Source of the DNA: Candidatus Eiseniibacteriota bacterium
GTDB lineage: Bacteria > Eisenbacteria > RBG-16-71-46 > CAIMUX01 > WJJG01
Assembly (NCBI GenBank): GCA_043806645.1
Contig: JAZDGX010000197.1
Coordinates: forward strand, 1 to 54,971
Reading direction: 5' to 3'
Length of the DNA stretch: 54,971 nt
The stretch's first letter is position 1; each line of letters begins with the position of its first letter. The notes below the pieces were generated by a model. The model saw nothing but the letters and a program-made list of their open reading frames with translations. It did no database searches and was not told the origin of the DNA. Both the position numbers and the translations under genes were made by a program. Of the stretch, positions 9,541-18,352 are shown piece by piece.

Positions 9541-9708
9541 TCAGTCCTCGACCAGCCTGAACATATCCTTGCCGACCCCACACAGGGGGCATAGCCAGTC
9601 AGCGGGCACATCCTCCCAGGCCGTGCCCGGAGCGACTCCCGAATCCGGATCCCCTTGGGCGGGGTCGTAGATGTACCCGCATGCCTCGCATTCGTACTTC
9701 TTCTTCAT
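9541..9708 (-). CDS. rub: Rubredoxin
   Basis: 55 aa: [16 protein letters not shown]...[20 protein letters not shown], with two CxxCG knuckles. AAGGAG lies upstream of ATG 9708. Confidence 0.92.
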   Translation of the reverse strand: MKKKYECEACGYIYDPAQGDPDSGVAPGTAWEDVPADWLCPLCGVGKDMFRLVED

Positions 9709-9826
9709 CGCGACTCCTTTCACGCCATTGAAGACAAGCCCTTCCGGGCGGGCGCCACGCCAGCGGGCTCCTTCGTCCGGAACCCGTCCGGTTCCGAAGG
9801 GGCGCCCCCGGGGGGCGGCGTCCGGC

Positions 9827-11041
9827 CTACGCGCTCGCGGCCAGACGCGCGCTGAGGGTCTCCGCAACCCGCGCCCCGGCGGCGCGGCATTTGGACAACC
9901 CTTCGGCATCCGGCACGTACTGCAACCGCAACCCTTCGCCCGCGAGTTCGACTTTCATCTCCCGCAGCTGCGCTTCGAGCAAGGCCACCGCCTGCCCGCT
10001 CCAGCCGTACGATCCGAAGGCCGTTCCGACCAGATTCTTCGGCCGCAGGCCCTTCAAGTACGTCAGCACATCCGCAAGACTCGGGAAGATCTGATTGTTG
10101 ATGGTCGGCGAACCGACGATCAACGCGCCCGCCTCGAGGACCTCGGTCGCCACATCGCTGCGATGAGCCCCCGCGAGCGGCATGTGCACGACCTCCAGCC
10201 CTCCCGCGGCCAGTCCCTCTCCGATCGCCCGCGCCATCATCGCGGTGCTCTGCCACATCGTGTCGTACACAAGGACCGCTTTGTGCGTGGGAGCCTGCTG
10301 CGCCCATTCGGCATACAAGCGGACGATGTTCTCCGGATGCCGCCTCCAGATCGGACCGTGATCCGGAGCGATGATCCGCGGGCTGAGCTTCAACTCGGCC
10401 GCCCGGTTCAGCAGCTTGGACACCACGGAGGAAAGCGGCATCAGGATATTGGCATAGTACTTCGCCGCCTCGTACCGCCAGATCTCAGGCGCGACCTGGT
10501 CGGTGAACCGGACGCCGCCGGCGAGGTGCATGCCGAAGGCGTCGTTGGAGAAGAGGACTTCGTCCTCCACGAGCAGAGTGAACATGCTGTCCGGCCAGTG
10601 GAGCATGGGAGTTTCCAGAAAACGCAGATGCAGATCGCCCAGTTCGTAGACCTGGCCATCGGAGGCGACCTCGACTGCCTGATCCCAGTGGAAATGGCGG
10701 GCGAGGGCCTCCCGGCCCTGGGCCGAGGCCAGCACCTTCTCCGGACGGAGCTGCGCGATCACCTCGGGCAGGCCGCCCGTGTGGTCCATCTCGGAATGAT
10801 TGGAGACGATCAGGCGAATCTGCCGGGGATCGACGACCGAGGCGATGCGAGCGAGCATCTCGCCCGTGTAGGGCGCCTTGACGGTGTCGATGAGCGTGAC
10901 CGGATCGGAGAGGATCAAGTATGCATTGTAGGTCGTCCCGCGCGAGGTCGCATAGCCGTGGAAGTCACGCAAGGCCCAGTCGAGCGCGCCGACCCAGAAA
11001 ACGTGTTCGCTCACCCTGACGGCTTGAAACGCACCGTCCAT
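9827..11041 (-). CDS. fprA: Flavodiiron protein (rubredoxin:oxygen/NO oxidoreductase, FprA/ROO type)
   Basis: MBL-like diiron motif [11 protein letters not shown] plus a C-terminal flavodoxin domain ([17 protein letters not shown]...GSPTINNQ). 404 aa. Confidence 0.9.
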   Translation of the reverse strand: MDGAFQAVRVSEHVFWVGALDWALRDFHGYATSRGTTYNAYLILSDPVTLIDTVKAPYTGEMLARIASVVDPRQIRLIVSNHSEMDHTGGLPEVIAQLRPEKVLASAQGREALARHFHWDQAVEVASDGQVYELGDLHLRFLETPMLHWPDSMFTLLVEDEVLFSNDAFGMHLAGGVRFTDQVAPEIWRYEAAKYYANILMPLSSVVSKLLNRAAELKLSPRIIAPDHGPIWRRHPENIVRLYAEWAQQAPTHKAVLVYDTMWQSTAMMARAIGEGLAAGGLEVVHMPLAGAHRSDVATEVLEAGALIVGSPTINNQIFPSLADVLTYLKGLRPKNLVGTAFGSYGWSGQAVALLEAQLREMKVELAGEGLRLQYVPDAEGLSKCRAAGARVAETLSARLAASA

Positions 11042-11088
11042 CCACCGCTCCTCCGCCGTCCCGACGGCTCATGCGAGTCCCGATCCGT

Positions 11089-11664
11089 CTACCAGTTCTC
11101 CGCCAGCACCTCGAAATGGGCCTGCGGGTGCGCGCATGCCGCGCAGACGGCGGGCGCTTCGGTACCCTCATGCAGATACCCGCAATTGCGGCAACGCCAC
11201 ACGACGGGCCGGTCCTTCTTGAATACCTTGCCCGCTTCGACGTTGCGCAGCAGGTCGAGATAGCGTTTCTCGTGCTGCTTCTCGGCGACACTGACCGCCT
11301 CGAACAACTTGGCGATCACCTCGAATCCATCGCTGCGGGCCGTCTTGGCGTAACCCGGGTACATGCCGGTCCATTCCTCGTGCTCGCCCGCCGCCGCCGC
11401 GCGCAAATTCTCGGCTGTCGTGCCGATCACGCCGGCCGGAAAGGCCCACCGGATCTCGACCTCCCCGCATTGCAGGTGGCGGAAGAAGAGCTTCGCGGGC
11501 TCGCGCTCCTGGTCCGCCGTCTCGGCGAAGATGTCGGCGATCTGCTCGAACCCCTCCTTGCGGGCCTGACTGGCGAAGTAGTTGTAGCGATTGCGAGCCT
11601 GAGACTCACCGGCAAAAGCGGTCAGCAGGTTCTTCTCCGTCTGCGTTCCCTTCAACGAAGCCAT
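11089..11664 (-). CDS. rbr: Rubrerythrin
   Basis: Nearly colinear with the Desulfovibrio Rbr as I recall it: LKGTQTEKNLLTAFAGESQARNRYNYF, GEHEEWTGMYP, EKQHEKRYL, and the C-terminal rubredoxin WRCRNCGY...CAACAHP. The first ExxH reads EREP (see finding). Confidence 0.9.
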   Translation of the reverse strand: MASLKGTQTEKNLLTAFAGESQARNRYNYFASQARKEGFEQIADIFAETADQEREPAKLFFRHLQCGEVEIRWAFPAGVIGTTAENLRAAAAGEHEEWTGMYPGYAKTARSDGFEVIAKLFEAVSVAEKQHEKRYLDLLRNVEAGKVFKKDRPVVWRCRNCGYLHEGTEAPAVCAACAHPQAHFEVLAENW

Positions 11665-11719
11665 GCTTTCTCCTCCTCACCGGCCCCCTCCGGGATCTCG
11701 TCCCAGGGTGGGCATCGGA

Positions 11720-12313
11720 CTATACAACACGCGGCGCATGGCGCCCAAGCGCCGGTCCTTGAACCCTCTTGGGAATGGAGCGAGCCGCTCCCGCCCGCCC
11801 CGCGGCCGCCAGGCTCCGCTTATCGCCCGCAGCCGGTCGACTCGGTTTCTGACTCCCGGCCGCTCGGCCCGGCTTCTGGCTCCCGGCCGCTCGGCTGGCC
11901 TTTTCGCCCCCGGCCGGTTCCCGGCGCTTGCTTCGACACGCCGGGCACAGACCGCGGAGGTCCATCTGGACGGTGAGGATTCGGAATCCTGCCAGGCTGC
12001 GCATCCGCTCGGGACGCATGGTGAAATGTTGGGCATCGACATCCTGCAATCGGCCGCAGGCGACGCAAAGAACATGTGTGTGGGAGCGGCAGTCGCCGTC
12101 GAAGCGCGCTTCCTGCCCGGGAAACGCCAGCTTGACCGCCCATCCCTGGCGGACGAAGAGCTCCAGATTCCGGTAGACCGTGCCCAGGCTGAGGTGCGGC
12201 AGATGCCGCTTCACCACGGCATGGATTTGCCTGGCGGTGGGGTGCCCGGTCTGGCGGCGCAGAGCCTCCAGAATCGCCTCGCGTTGCCTGGTCCGCCGTT
12301 GCGCTCGTTCCAT
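11720..12313 (-). CDS. Fur-family transcriptional regulator (PerR-like by context) with a ~65-aa basic low-complexity C-terminal tail
   Basis: ATG 12313 preceded by GGAG; the track start at 12331 is a TTG. Motifs: HPTARQIHAVV...SLGTVYRNLELF, HTHVLCVACG and CPAC. The tail contains a tandem repeat. Confidence 0.85.
   Translation of the reverse strand: MERAQRRTRQREAILEALRRQTGHPTARQIHAVVKRHLPHLSLGTVYRNLELFVRQGWAVKLAFPGQEARFDGDCRSHTHVLCVACGRLQDVDAQHFTMRPERMRSLAGFRILTVQMDLRGLCPACRSKRREPAGGEKASRAAGSQKPGRAAGSQKPSRPAAGDKRSLAAAGRAGAARSIPKRVQGPALGRHAPRVV
11847..11900. repeat. 27-nt x2 imperfect tandem repeat inside the Fur-family gene tail
   Basis: ttctgactcccggccgctcggcccggc / ttctggctcccggccgctcggctggcc (23/27 identical). 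On the coding strand it encodes (S/G)RAAGSQKP twice. A third degenerate copy follows. Confidence 0.8.
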
Positions 12314-12331
12314 CGATTCTCCAATCAGCAA

Positions 12332-12346
12332 TGATTACCATTATCA
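12332..12346. promoter_or_regulatory. Fur-box-like 7-1-7 inverted repeat upstream of the Fur-family gene, in the divergent regulator/dfx spacer
   Basis: Minus-strand reading TGATAAT-G-GTAATCA against the classical TGATAATnATTATCA gives 12/14 matches. It ends 19 nt upstream of ATG 12313. Confidence 0.55.
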
Positions 12347-12705
12347 ATAGGCAATCCGCAAGAACTTCGCCGTGGCCCGCCGGAGATCAGTGCCCATGGC
12401 GTAGGGCCCGGCCATTCAACAAGTTAGCGCCCCGCGCCCACCGGGACGCCTGCGGCGAACCTGGGCCGTGGGGTTTCAATACTTACTTTCAACTGAATTC
12501 CCTTCACAAAACACTTCGTTTTCCGGCACTATGCCTTCTTCGGGCTTGTCCATCGACCGCGGATGGAAAGGCTGGGCTGCTTGATCCCGTGGACCCGCCG
12601 CGACCGGCGGCAGGAACCTCGTCCCGCAACTGAGGGTGTAGGGCACTCTTTGGAGCGGCCCTGGCGAGGTGGATCCACCCAAGTGCATCTGGCAAGGAGG
12701 GCACG

Positions 12706-13086
12706 ATGACCGAGCGGAGACAGGTCTACAAGTGCGACATCTGCGGGAACATCACCGAGGTCCTGCACCCGGGTGCCGGCACGCTGGTGTGCTGCGGCGA
12801 ACCGATGATTCTCATGGCCGAGAACACGGTCGATGCCGCACGTGAGAAGCACGTCCCGGTGATCACCCCCACGGCCGGCGGCATCAAGGTCACCGTCGGC
12901 AGCGTCGCCCACCCGATGGAGGTCAAACACTACATCGAGTGGATCGAGTTGATCGCCGACGGCCGGAGCCATCGCCAGTTCCTCGCCCCCGGCGCCGCGC
13001 CCGAGGCCACGTTCACGGTCTCCGCCACGGAAGTCAGCGCGAGGGAGTACTGCAATCTACATGGACTGTGGAAGGCGACCGCGTGA
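12706..13086 (+). CDS. dfx: Desulfoferrodoxin (2Fe superoxide reductase)
   Basis: N-terminal desulforedoxin centre YKCDICGN...VCCGEPM. Centre II ligand contexts: [38 protein letters not shown]. Confidence 0.92.
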   Translation: MTERRQVYKCDICGNITEVLHPGAGTLVCCGEPMILMAENTVDAAREKHVPVITPTAGGIKVTVGSVAHPMEVKHYIEWIELIADGRSHRQFLAPGAAPEATFTVSATEVSAREYCNLHGLWKATA

Positions 13087-13121
13087 AGCAGCGCTCATGA
13101 CGCGCTGAGAGGAGAGCGTTC

Positions 13122-13634
13122 ATGGAACGGGATGCGCAGCGCATGGCCGCCGGTCTGCTCAAGGCCATGCAGGCGGAGCGCGAGGGCCAGCACTTCTACC
13201 GTATGGCCTCCGCCTCCACGCAGGATGCCCAAGGGCGGCGGATCTTCGGCGATCTGGCCGACGACGAACGCGAGCATGAAGATTTCCTGAAGCAACACTA
13301 CGAGTCGGTGCTGCAGACGGGCAAACCCGACGCGGCCGCGCGGCTGGGGCCGGCGCGCGAGTTTGCCGAGCATCATCCGATCTTCTCGGAAGAACTGCGC
13401 CAGCGGGCTGCGACGGCGCACTACGAAATGACCGCGCTCTCAATCGGTATGCAGCTCGAGCTGGCGGCGGTCAACTTCTACGAGGGTGAGGCCGCCGCAG
13501 TCTCCGACGCGACCGTGAAGGACTTCTACCGCCGGTTGGCGGCCTGGGAACGGGGACATCTGACGGCCTTGCAGCGACAGGCGGATGAGTTGAAGGAAGA
13601 CTATTGGAATGCGGCGGGATTCGCGCCGTTCTGA
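13122..13634 (+). CDS. Ferritin-like diiron protein, rubrerythrin family
   Basis: MQAEREGQHFY...DDEREHEDFL and MQLELAAVNFY...AWERGHLTAL give two E...ExxH pairs. Confidence 0.75.
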   Translation: MERDAQRMAAGLLKAMQAEREGQHFYRMASASTQDAQGRRIFGDLADDEREHEDFLKQHYESVLQTGKPDAAARLGPAREFAEHHPIFSEELRQRAATAHYEMTALSIGMQLELAAVNFYEGEAAAVSDATVKDFYRRLAAWERGHLTALQRQADELKEDYWNAAGFAPF

Positions 13635-13727
13635 TGACCCGGCCGCCGGGAGGCGGTCGGGCGCTGTGTGCCGCACGCCGGCGAGTCCGCGTGCGGCCTC
13701 GGGAACAGACCCAGAAGGAGCAAGATC

Positions 13728-14246
13728 ATGATCGGAAAAAAAGTGCAGGATGGATTCAACGCTCAGATCGGTGAGGAGATGGAGTCGGCCTATCTCTATC
13801 TGGCGATGGCCGCCTATTTCGAATCGACCGGCTTCGAAGGCATGGCCCAATGGATGAAGGCGCAGACGATCGAGGAGATGATGCACGCGATGCGCTTCTT
13901 CAATCACATCGTCGCGCGCGCGGGCCGCGTGCAACTCCCGGCGCTCAAGCAGCCCAAGGCCGCCTGGGCCTCTCCGCTGGATGCCTTCAAGGCCGCCTAC
14001 GGGCACGAGCAGCACATCACCGCCAAGATCAATGAACTCGTCGACCTCTCGACCGGCGAAAAGGACCACGCGGCGGGTGCCATGCTGCAGTGGTTCGTGA
14101 CCGAGCAGGTCGAGGAAGAGGAGCAGACTCTGAAGGTCGCCGACCTGCTGGAGAAGATCGGGGATTCCGGAAACGGGTTGATCATGCTCGACCGGCAACT
14201 CGGCGCGCGGCCCCTGCCCGTGACGGTCCCCGCGGCAGGCGCGTAG
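13728..14246 (+). CDS. ftn: Non-haem ferritin
   Basis: ATG 13728 after GAAGGAG. Motifs: NAQIGEEMESAYLYLAMAAYF, TIEEMMHAMRFFNHI, WFVTEQVEEE. Confidence 0.9.
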   Translation: MIGKKVQDGFNAQIGEEMESAYLYLAMAAYFESTGFEGMAQWMKAQTIEEMMHAMRFFNHIVARAGRVQLPALKQPKAAWASPLDAFKAAYGHEQHITAKINELVDLSTGEKDHAAGAMLQWFVTEQVEEEEQTLKVADLLEKIGDSGNGLIMLDRQLGARPLPVTVPAAGA

Positions 14247-14279
14247 GCCGGTGCGGGGAGCTCCCCGCCGGGAGGGCCG

Positions 14280-15125
14280 GTGGATTCTCGATCCGACAGC
14301 CCCGGGCCCGCCGAGCTGGCTCCCCGGGATGCCCAGACCCTCGCGCGCGCCTGGGACGCCTTCGAGGAGGGAGATCTCGAGGAAGCCGCCGGCGTGGCCG
14401 AACAGTTGATGCGCCGGACGCACGGCCACCCGGAGGTCCGTCTTCTGCGTGCCGCGTTGCTCTTGGAAGAAGACGACGCAACCGCGGCGCTGGCGGATCT
14501 CGATGCGTGCGCGGGGCGGATCGAGGACACCGTGCTTCACGCGTATTACCGCAGCGTGGCACTTTTCGACTTGGCGCGTTTCGAGGAAGCCGAGGCTCAG
14601 CTGCGTGAGCTCGCGGCCACCGATCTGGACCCCGGCACGCTTCACTACCTCCGCGCCCAGGTGCAGGAGCACCTCGGCCGCCACGCGGAGGCCGAGCGGG
14701 ACTACGCCGCGGCGCACGCGATCGATGCCGAGGATTTTCCCCTGCCCCTGCGCATTCCACGCCCGGCCTTCGAGGAGGCCGTTCACAGCGCCCGGGAACT
14801 CCTGCCCGAGAATCTGCGCGCGCGTCTTGACGAGGTCCCGATCGTGGTCGAGGACCTCCCGCCCCGCGCCATCCTCGACCATGCGGAAGGCGACCGTTTG
14901 ACACCCGACCTGCTCGGGCTGTTCGTGGGGCGGAATCTGCGCGAGGAATCGGTCTTCGAGGTGCCGGGCGTGCCGGCCGCGATCTACATCTTCCAGCGCA
15001 ATCTCGAGCGCACCTGCAGCTCACGCGAGGAGCTTGTCGCCGAGATCGGAACGACGCTCTACCACGAGCTCGGCCACTATCTGGGGCTCGAGGAAGATGA
15101 CCTGCGCGAGCTGGACGTGGATTGA
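14280..15125 (+). CDS. TPR-like N-terminal domain fused to a minimal zincin metallopeptidase (DUF1025/Zincin_1-like)
   Basis: GTG 14280 after GGAGGG. The C-terminal LYHELGHYLGLEEDDL contains the HExxH motif in the arrangement typical of the small 'possible Zn metallopeptidase' family. Confidence 0.7.
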   Translation: MDSRSDSPGPAELAPRDAQTLARAWDAFEEGDLEEAAGVAEQLMRRTHGHPEVRLLRAALLLEEDDATAALADLDACAGRIEDTVLHAYYRSVALFDLARFEEAEAQLRELAATDLDPGTLHYLRAQVQEHLGRHAEAERDYAAAHAIDAEDFPLPLRIPRPAFEEAVHSARELLPENLRARLDEVPIVVEDLPPRAILDHAEGDRLTPDLLGLFVGRNLREESVFEVPGVPAAIYIFQRNLERTCSSREELVAEIGTTLYHELGHYLGLEEDDLRELDVD

Positions 15126-15223
15126 GGCCCCGCATCGCCCGATCCGAGGTTCTGCGATGCCGGGCCGGCGATTTCCAACTCGATCAGGACAGCCCATGCG
15201 CCTCCGGCGCCGATCCGCCCGCG

Positions 15224-15273
15224 CTTGTCCGAGTGGACAGGAGTCGACTTGTCCGAAGAGACAAGTCCGACTC
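15224..15273 (+). terminator. Two adjacent GC-rich hairpins downstream of the dfx-ftn-peptidase operon (possible U-less terminator)
   Basis: Hairpin 1 is TGTCC-gagt-GGACA (15226-15239). Hairpin 2 (15241-15273) is gagtcgacttgtc-cgaaga-gacaagtccgactc, 13 bp with one bulge. No U tract follows. Confidence 0.3.
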
Positions 15274-15443
15274 GTCCCTTCATCCGGACTCCGGCCGCCC
15301 TCCCGACCCGCCCCTCTCAATCCATGATCAGCAAACGAGATACAACCCCACCGCCGATCTCAAGGCGCCGGCTCCACCTGGCATGAGAAATGCCCTGTTA
15401 TTCGCAGGCAGGTGAGGCCGCGTTCGGACCCGCGTCCGCCGCC

Positions 15444-15472
15444 TTGGTGACCGCATCCCCGCATGCTAGACT
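15444..15472 (+). promoter_or_regulatory. Putative sigma70-type promoter with extended -10 for the kinase operon
   Basis: TTGGTG, 17-nt spacer, then (TGc)TAGACT. The first ATG of the track ORF (15463) lies inside this element. Confidence 0.35.
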
Positions 15473-15522
15473 CACCGTGCTCCGCGTATGTGATGTACCG
15501 ACCGCAGGGGGGAGCGTGGCTC

Positions 15523-18342
15523 ATGAGCGGTGAGAATGGGCAAGGCCCCGGGGATTCCGAACTCACCCGCACGACTCAAGACTCTCCCGACGCCCCGGGC
15601 GCCCCGCGCTGCATCGGACCCTACCGGCTCCTGCAGCGAATCGGCGAGGGGGGCATGGGCGAGGTGTACGAGGCCGAGCAAGAACGGCCCGTGCGCCGGC
15701 GCGTCGCGCTGAAACTGATCAAGCGCGGCATGGACACCAAAGAGGTCATCGCCCGCTTCGAATCCGAGCGCCAGGCGCTGGCCCTCATGGATCATCCCAA
15801 CATCGCCCGCGTCTTCGATGCCGGCTCAACTGAGGAGGGCCTCCCCTACTTCGTGATGGAGCTCGTGCACGGCGTGCCGATCACGGAGCACTGCGACCGC
15901 CAGCGCCTGCCGACGCGCGAGCGTTTGGAGCTGTTCCTCCGCGTCTGCGATGCGGTTCAACACGCGCATCAGAAGGCGGTCATCCATCGAGACATCAAGC
16001 CCTCGAACATCCTGATTTCGTTCCAGGATGAGCAGGCCGTCCCGAAGATCATCGACTTCGGGGTCGCGAAAGCGATCGCCCAACCCCTCTGCCAGCGGAC
16101 CCTCTTCACCGAGATGGGCCAGTTGATCGGCACTCCGGGTTACATGAGTCCCGAGCAGGCGGAGATGTCCGGCCAGGGGATCGACACGCGCACGGATGTG
16201 TACTCCCTGGGCGCCGTGCTCTACGAGCTGCTCGTGGGGGCGCAGCCCTTCGATCCCGAGACGTTGCGCGGGGTAGGGTTCGATGCGATGCGGCGCATGA
16301 TCCGGGAGGTCGAGCCGCCCCGGCCGAGCACGCGCGTGGAGGCGCTCGGAAAGGCCGCTGCAGCCACCGCCACAAACCGGCAAACGACAGCGCGTCTGCT
16401 GATGGGGGAATTGCGCGGCGATCTCGATTGGATCGCGATGAAGGCGCTGGAAAAGGACCGCGGGCGGCGGTACGGCTCTCCGTCCGATCTGGCCGCGGAC
16501 ATCCGGCACCACCTGAAGGACGAGCCGGTCGTCGCCCGGCCTCCGAGCACGGCCTACCGGATGGAGAGGTTCATTCGCCGTCATCGCGTCGCGGTCGCCT
16601 CTCTCGCGGGGATTTTTCTGGTTCTCATTCTCTTTGCCGTGACCACGGCGATCCAGGCGGGCCGCATTGCGCGCGAACGCGATCGGGCGGTCGAGGCCGA
16701 GGCGAGTGCGCAAGCGATCAACGACTTCCTGGTCAAGGACATGTTGGGGATGGCCAGCCCCGAGCGCGCGCTGGGCCGCCAGGTGACCGTCCAGGAAGTG
16801 CTGGGGCAGGCGGATCAACGCGTCGGCGGAGCGTTCCCAAACCAGCCCGGTCTCGAGGTTCCGGTGCGCCTGACCATCGGCGGCATTCATATGAGTCTCG
16901 GCAAGCTCGATGAGGGCGAGCAACAGATTGAAGCCGCGCTGCAATTGGCACGCGACCGGTTTGGCGAGGACGATCCACGCACCCTGCGGGCGTTGCGCGC
17001 GCGGGCGAAGGTTCTCTCCCAGCGCGGGCTTTTTGCGGAGGCCGAGCCGATCCTCCGCGATGTCCTGCAGAAACAGCGCCGGCTGCTGGGAGACCGCGCG
17101 CCGCACACCTTGCAGACGCTGGAAGATCTCGGGTTCGTCCTGGCTCAACGCGAAGCCAGCACTGAGCAGCGGGCGGAAGCCGGCAGGCTGAAACTCGAGG
17201 TCCTCGAGGCTCGGCGCGCGATCCACGGAATCGACCATGAAGAGTCGATCCGCGCCCTGGCCAACTATGCCAACTATCTGCTCGCCTCCGACTCGCCGGA
17301 TGCGGCACGGTACGTCGAGGAGGCCGCAGAGCGAAGCCAACGTGTGCTGGGCGACAACAACACGCTCACTGTCTTCGCCCTGACCCTCCTCGCGCAAGTG
17401 TACGGAATGTCCGGGAAGGCGACCGCGGCCGAGGCCGCGACACGGCGCACCCTCGAGGCGACCCGCGCCGTCTATGGCGAGAATCACCCGCGGACCATCT
17501 ATCAGATGGCGGCCCTGGCCGACTGGCTGGCCGAACTGGAGCGACCCGCGGAGGCGGAGGAGATGCTCCGACAAGCCGTTGAGGCGTGGAAGACGCTGCC
17601 CATCCAGTCTTCCCGCTTCTTCTACAGCTTCTCCCTTGTGGAACGCCTCTACGGCAACGGGAAGCTGCGGGAGGCCGAGGCCGTAGCGCGAAGCGAGCTC
17701 GCGATTCCCGACTCGGCGATCGGGCGCGACGATCCGCAACGGCTGTTGCTCACGGTGAGCCTGGGGGTGGTACTGCGCGGCCAGGGCCGGCTACAGGAAG
17801 CGGAGGCCTGCTACCGGCGGGTGCTCGAGGGCCGGGAACGCTCCCTGGGCCGCGATCACATGTACACCGTGCGGGTGCTGGCCCAGCTCGCCGATCTCCT
17901 GAGCCGCGAGGGCCGTCACGCCGAAGGCGAGGCGATGGCCCGGGATGCTCTGGCCAGAGGCCTCGCCACATTCCCCGCGGGCTGGGATGCCGACGGGCAG
18001 AGGGCCACGGTTCACGAGTGTCTCGGCAGGGTTCTCTTGCGCACCGACAGGGCTGCGGAGGCGGAGGGGCACTTCCGGGAAGCCATCGAGTTCTACAGCA
18101 AGTACCCGGTCGAACGGCCGGTCATTGCGGAGTTGCAGACCTGGCTCGCCGAAGCGCTGATCCGGCAGGGCCGCCCGGCCGACGGACTTGCGTTGCTCCA
18201 GTCCGCATGGCCGGTTCTGTTCAGGAATCGCGGCGCGGGCAACCCGATGCGGGAACAGGCCCGCGGATTGTTGGAAGACCTGGCGGTTGCGGAGGAAACG
18301 CGCGCGGCCGCGCGAGCCCTGCTCGCGGACGCGCGACCATAG
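15523..18342 (+). CDS. Ser/Thr protein kinase - TM helix - extracytoplasmic TPR-repeat domain
   Basis: Hanks kinase motifs: GEGGMGEVY, VALKLI, HRDIKPSNIL, DFGVAK, GTPGYMSPE. One TM helix (VAVASLAGIFLVLILFAVTTAI), then about 570 aa of TPR-like repeats. Start ATG 15523 chosen because GGGGGGAG lies 8 nt upstream; 15493 and 15463 are alternatives. Confidence 0.88.
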   Translation: MSGENGQGPGDSELTRTTQDSPDAPGAPRCIGPYRLLQRIGEGGMGEVYEAEQERPVRRRVALKLIKRGMDTKEVIARFESERQALALMDHPNIARVFDAGSTEEGLPYFVMELVHGVPITEHCDRQRLPTRERLELFLRVCDAVQHAHQKAVIHRDIKPSNILISFQDEQAVPKIIDFGVAKAIAQPLCQRTLFTEMGQLIGTPGYMSPEQAEMSGQGIDTRTDVYSLGAVLYELLVGAQPFDPETLRGVGFDAMRRMIREVEPPRPSTRVEALGKAAAATATNRQTTARLLMGELRGDLDWIAMKALEKDRGRRYGSPSDLAADIRHHLKDEPVVARPPSTAYRMERFIRRHRVAVASLAGIFLVLILFAVTTAIQAGRIARERDRAVEAEASAQAINDFLVKDMLGMASPERALGRQVTVQEVLGQADQRVGGAFPNQPGLEVPVRLTIGGIHMSLGKLDEGEQQIEAALQLARDRFGEDDPRTLRALRARAKVLSQRGLFAEAEPILRDVLQKQRRLLGDRAPHTLQTLEDLGFVLAQREASTEQRAEAGRLKLEVLEARRAIHGIDHEESIRALANYANYLLASDSPDAARYVEEAAERSQRVLGDNNTLTVFALTLLAQVYGMSGKATAAEAATRRTLEATRAVYGENHPRTIYQMAALADWLAELERPAEAEEMLRQAVEAWKTLPIQSSRFFYSFSLVERLYGNGKLREAEAVARSELAIPDSAIGRDDPQRLLLTVSLGVVLRGQGRLQEAEACYRRVLEGRERSLGRDHMYTVRVLAQLADLLSREGRHAEGEAMARDALARGLATFPAGWDADGQRATVHECLGRVLLRTDRAAEAEGHFREAIEFYSKYPVERPVIAELQTWLAEALIRQGRPADGLALLQSAWPVLFRNRGAGNPMREQARGLLEDLAVAEETRAAARALLADARP

Positions 18343-18352
18343 GAGGGAAGGC

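Noticed and set aside
12520-12545. Sigma54-type -24/-12 promoter (ccGGCACtatgccTTCt) upstream of dfx.
   Set aside because: GG-N10-GC spacing is not satisfied, because the -12 position reads TC rather than GC. No enhancer-binding protein is nearby.
15463-15522. First ATG (15463) of the kinase ORF as the start codon.
   Set aside because: It lies inside the putative -35/extended -10 promoter element and has no RBS. ATG 15523 has GGGGGGAG at proper spacing. This remains uncertain without TSS data.
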